In this document: one piece after another, positions 61,441-64,000 of the stretch
Position numbering within the stretch: position 1 is the first letter of the stretch
How the letters are laid out: each line of letters starts with the position of its first letter
Origin: the human T2T-CHM13v2.0 reference genome, Homo sapiens
Length of the DNA: 64,000 nt
Assembly: GCF_009914755.1 (NCBI RefSeq)
Contig: NC_060947.1
Reading direction: 5' to 3' (one strand)
The notes under the pieces: generated by a model
The model's input: the letters and a program-made list of their open reading frames with translations, nothing else
Told to the model about the DNA's origin: nothing
The model's database searches: none
Made by a program: the position numbers and the translations under genes

Positions 61441-64000
61441 CGATGGTAGTCACCCTGAACTCTGTCTTCTGGCTCTTCAAGCCAGAAGAAATGGGCATCT
61501 TGCCTGGTGCCTTTCCTTTTTACCAATTGTAGACATCCCTCCATTTTTGGCAAGTTTTTCGTTGTGCTCCAGTGCCTTCAGGTAGTGGCTTTTTACATTG
61601 TCCAGAGGTTATCAACGGTAAGAGGCTATTTTTGCCCAGTGCTGAAGATGGCATCTCTGGGTTTTGGTTTTGTAACATTCTAGCAAAGCCAGACATGCTT
61701 TGCTGCAGTGAAAGTGTGGAACTGGATAATTGAGCAGCACTGTTTATTCATTGTTGCCTTTATTGGATCTCATATGGAATAACCCCACTGGATATTAGAG
61801 TAAATTACAGAGTTAGGAAAAGGTGAAAAAGAGAAATGTCGGGTTAGCTCTTTTCAAAATATTTTCAGTGGGAGAAATTGTTGTCACTTTAAAAAGTGAG
61901 CTTTTTAAAAAACGAACATTTTGAGTACTGAATATGTTAAGCTTCTGAATGATTTTGAGTGCTTTTGCTTGTCATGGGGAAGTTTTTCAAGAGAAGATGA
62001 CCTTTTAGGCCTAAAAACAAAGCATTTCTAATTGCTTAATGTGTATTGTATCAAGTAAATTATCATTAGGTCATATTAATGCTATGATACTTAAATATTT
62101 TATTTGTAGTGGAATCCATTTTCTGATCATTTTATACTGAGCATTTATGCCAATTTTAGTATATATTGTAATTCAAATTAAAAAATGCTAGAAGTCATCT
62201 TAGGTCTCTGGATCTCAGCCTGGTATTTACTGAGTAGCTGTCAGGAGCCATGCACTGTTCTAGGCACAGGAGGTTCAGTGGTGAATGAGGAGCTTATATT
62301 CTTAGAAGCTCAGAAATCTAACCCTGTTAGCACACTGTAGATGGTCAGACTCACATGTACTTGCCCTAATGCCAATTTGTTCATCTGAAATGAGAAGTAC
62401 AGCTGTTAATTAGACTGGTGAGGTCGAACTGAGAGATTAGTGCATTTTCTCTTTATAGACAACCCACATGGGAAGCCAAATTACAATCACAAGGTTGCTT
62501 GGTGAGAATGGAATCAAAACAAAGGGACTTGGATAGATAATCCATGATTAGGACACACCTGCCACAGAGACTATTTGGGTTTTCCCTAAGTAGTGCTGAG
62601 CAGTAAAGCTTGCCAGTGTCTGGGTCTTCAGACTTATTTTTATGCTGACCATTTTCCTTTGTTCACACCATCTTTTTCAAACCAAGCTGCAATACAGTTC
62701 ACTAAATGACAAGCACATTCCAGGCCTGCTTCCTAAGATTAAACTTAGATCACCTTTGGAAACATGTAGAGGCTTCCAAATTCTGAGCTTAGGTACACAC
62801 CTGTAGAGAGTCTCTTGTTTGATTTCAACAGAGTGCTACCTTAGCCATTGTGCAAGTGCGTTTTTACCCTCAGAGGGTATCATTTTTTTCCCCCTTACAT
62901 CCATGGTGTGGGGGAAGTGTTTGAGTCCCTTATAGTGGTCCCCATGTACTGCCAATAATACCGTTTTATTCTGTTCAAGTGGTAATGGAAGATTTGACTT
63001 CTGTTTTTTTATATGATTTACTGATGCCAAACCCTTATTAAATCAGTCCCCACTTCTACCATGTTTCCACAGGAGAGGCTAATCTGTCTTAATAAGGTAA
63101 AATGAATTTATTTGAAAATGTAGTAAATGTAATAAATAGCTAAACTTAAACCTAGAAAGTCCTGGAACCCAAGCATACATGTTTGATTTTTGTTGTTGTT
63201 GTTTAATGAGGGGATATACTGGAATTCTCTTTAAAAGATCCAGGGAACATGCCTTTAGGGATGAATCACATGCCTTGAGGTCTAATAGAGACCCAAACAT
63301 TGGAATTGTGAGCCATTTTCACATACTAGATTCTTATATTGTTCCTTCAGTTATTGTCTGTACACCAGTGGCCCACAATCCAGGTTAAAGTACTACTCAG
63401 TTTGCTGTTAAAAAAAGTAAACGAAGTTAAGACCCAGTGATAGCCATGGTTGTCATATTTTCAGTACAAATAAAGTGGTATCACTGTCCATATATCCACC
63501 AAAACCTATGGTCAGCCAGCAAAGCCTTGGCAGGTACCTGTTTGCAGGTTCCTTGGAGGCAACAACCATAACAACAATAGCAATAGTGAAAGCACATAGT
63601 GATATATGTGTGTAGTGCTTTGTAGTTTTTTCACAGAGCCCTGTCACCTGAATTATCTAAATTTCACAAGTGCAATATATAATGTGTAGGTATGCTGGTA
63701 ACCATTTCTGCTTTCTAGTCAACCATAACCTTACCTACACTCTTTTGTACTATAAATTTTTGGCCTGAGAAATAGGAAAATCTATTTTCCCCATTCAGAC
63801 TGCCAAAATACCTTCTTTTATGGACAAATTTAATTATTTCGTGAAATTTTAGGCTATGCTTCTAAGGATTCTTAACACCAAGTTTAAAGTCTTTTCTTGA
63901 TTTATTTTTTTTAAGCTAATAAAAATACCAGGGCATTCTCAACCATTTTTTAGTCTCCACACCATTCTTAAAATATATCCCAATTAATAACAGTTTTCCT

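Overview
Human genomic DNA (the AluYb9 insertion is human-specific) from inside the X-linked POLA1 gene, which encodes the catalytic subunit of DNA polymerase alpha, on the + strand. Sixteen consecutive GT-AG exons at 3434-29271 splice into an uninterrupted 1877-nt frame. By recalled NM_016937 numbering these are exons 11-26 (about G357-E982). They cover the inactive exonuclease domain, motif A (DFNSLYPS, D860) and motif B ([10 protein letters not shown]950). The remaining ~35 kb is the start of the long intron 26, with no further POLA1 exon seen. Intron 23 hosts the H/ACA scaRNA SCARNA23/ACA12, whose U6 Psi40 guide pocket can be read directly from the sequence. Intron 13 carries the latent 76-nt pseudoexon activated in X-linked reticulate pigmentary disorder (reference allele here). 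The rest is Alu, L1, L2, L3, MIR and DNA-transposon debris plus several repeat-free, enhancer-like islands. I see no new protein-coding system; nearly all short ORFs in the track are Alu/L1/intronic noise. The best leads for undescribed biology are: a candidate poison exon inside an octamer-rich element in intron 18, several other unproductive splice switches, an orphan scaRNA pocket, a young Alu that creates new inverted pairs around exons, and an old templated duplication inserted into an L1. Exon coordinates are base-exact; repeat boundaries and subfamilies are by eye and approximate.
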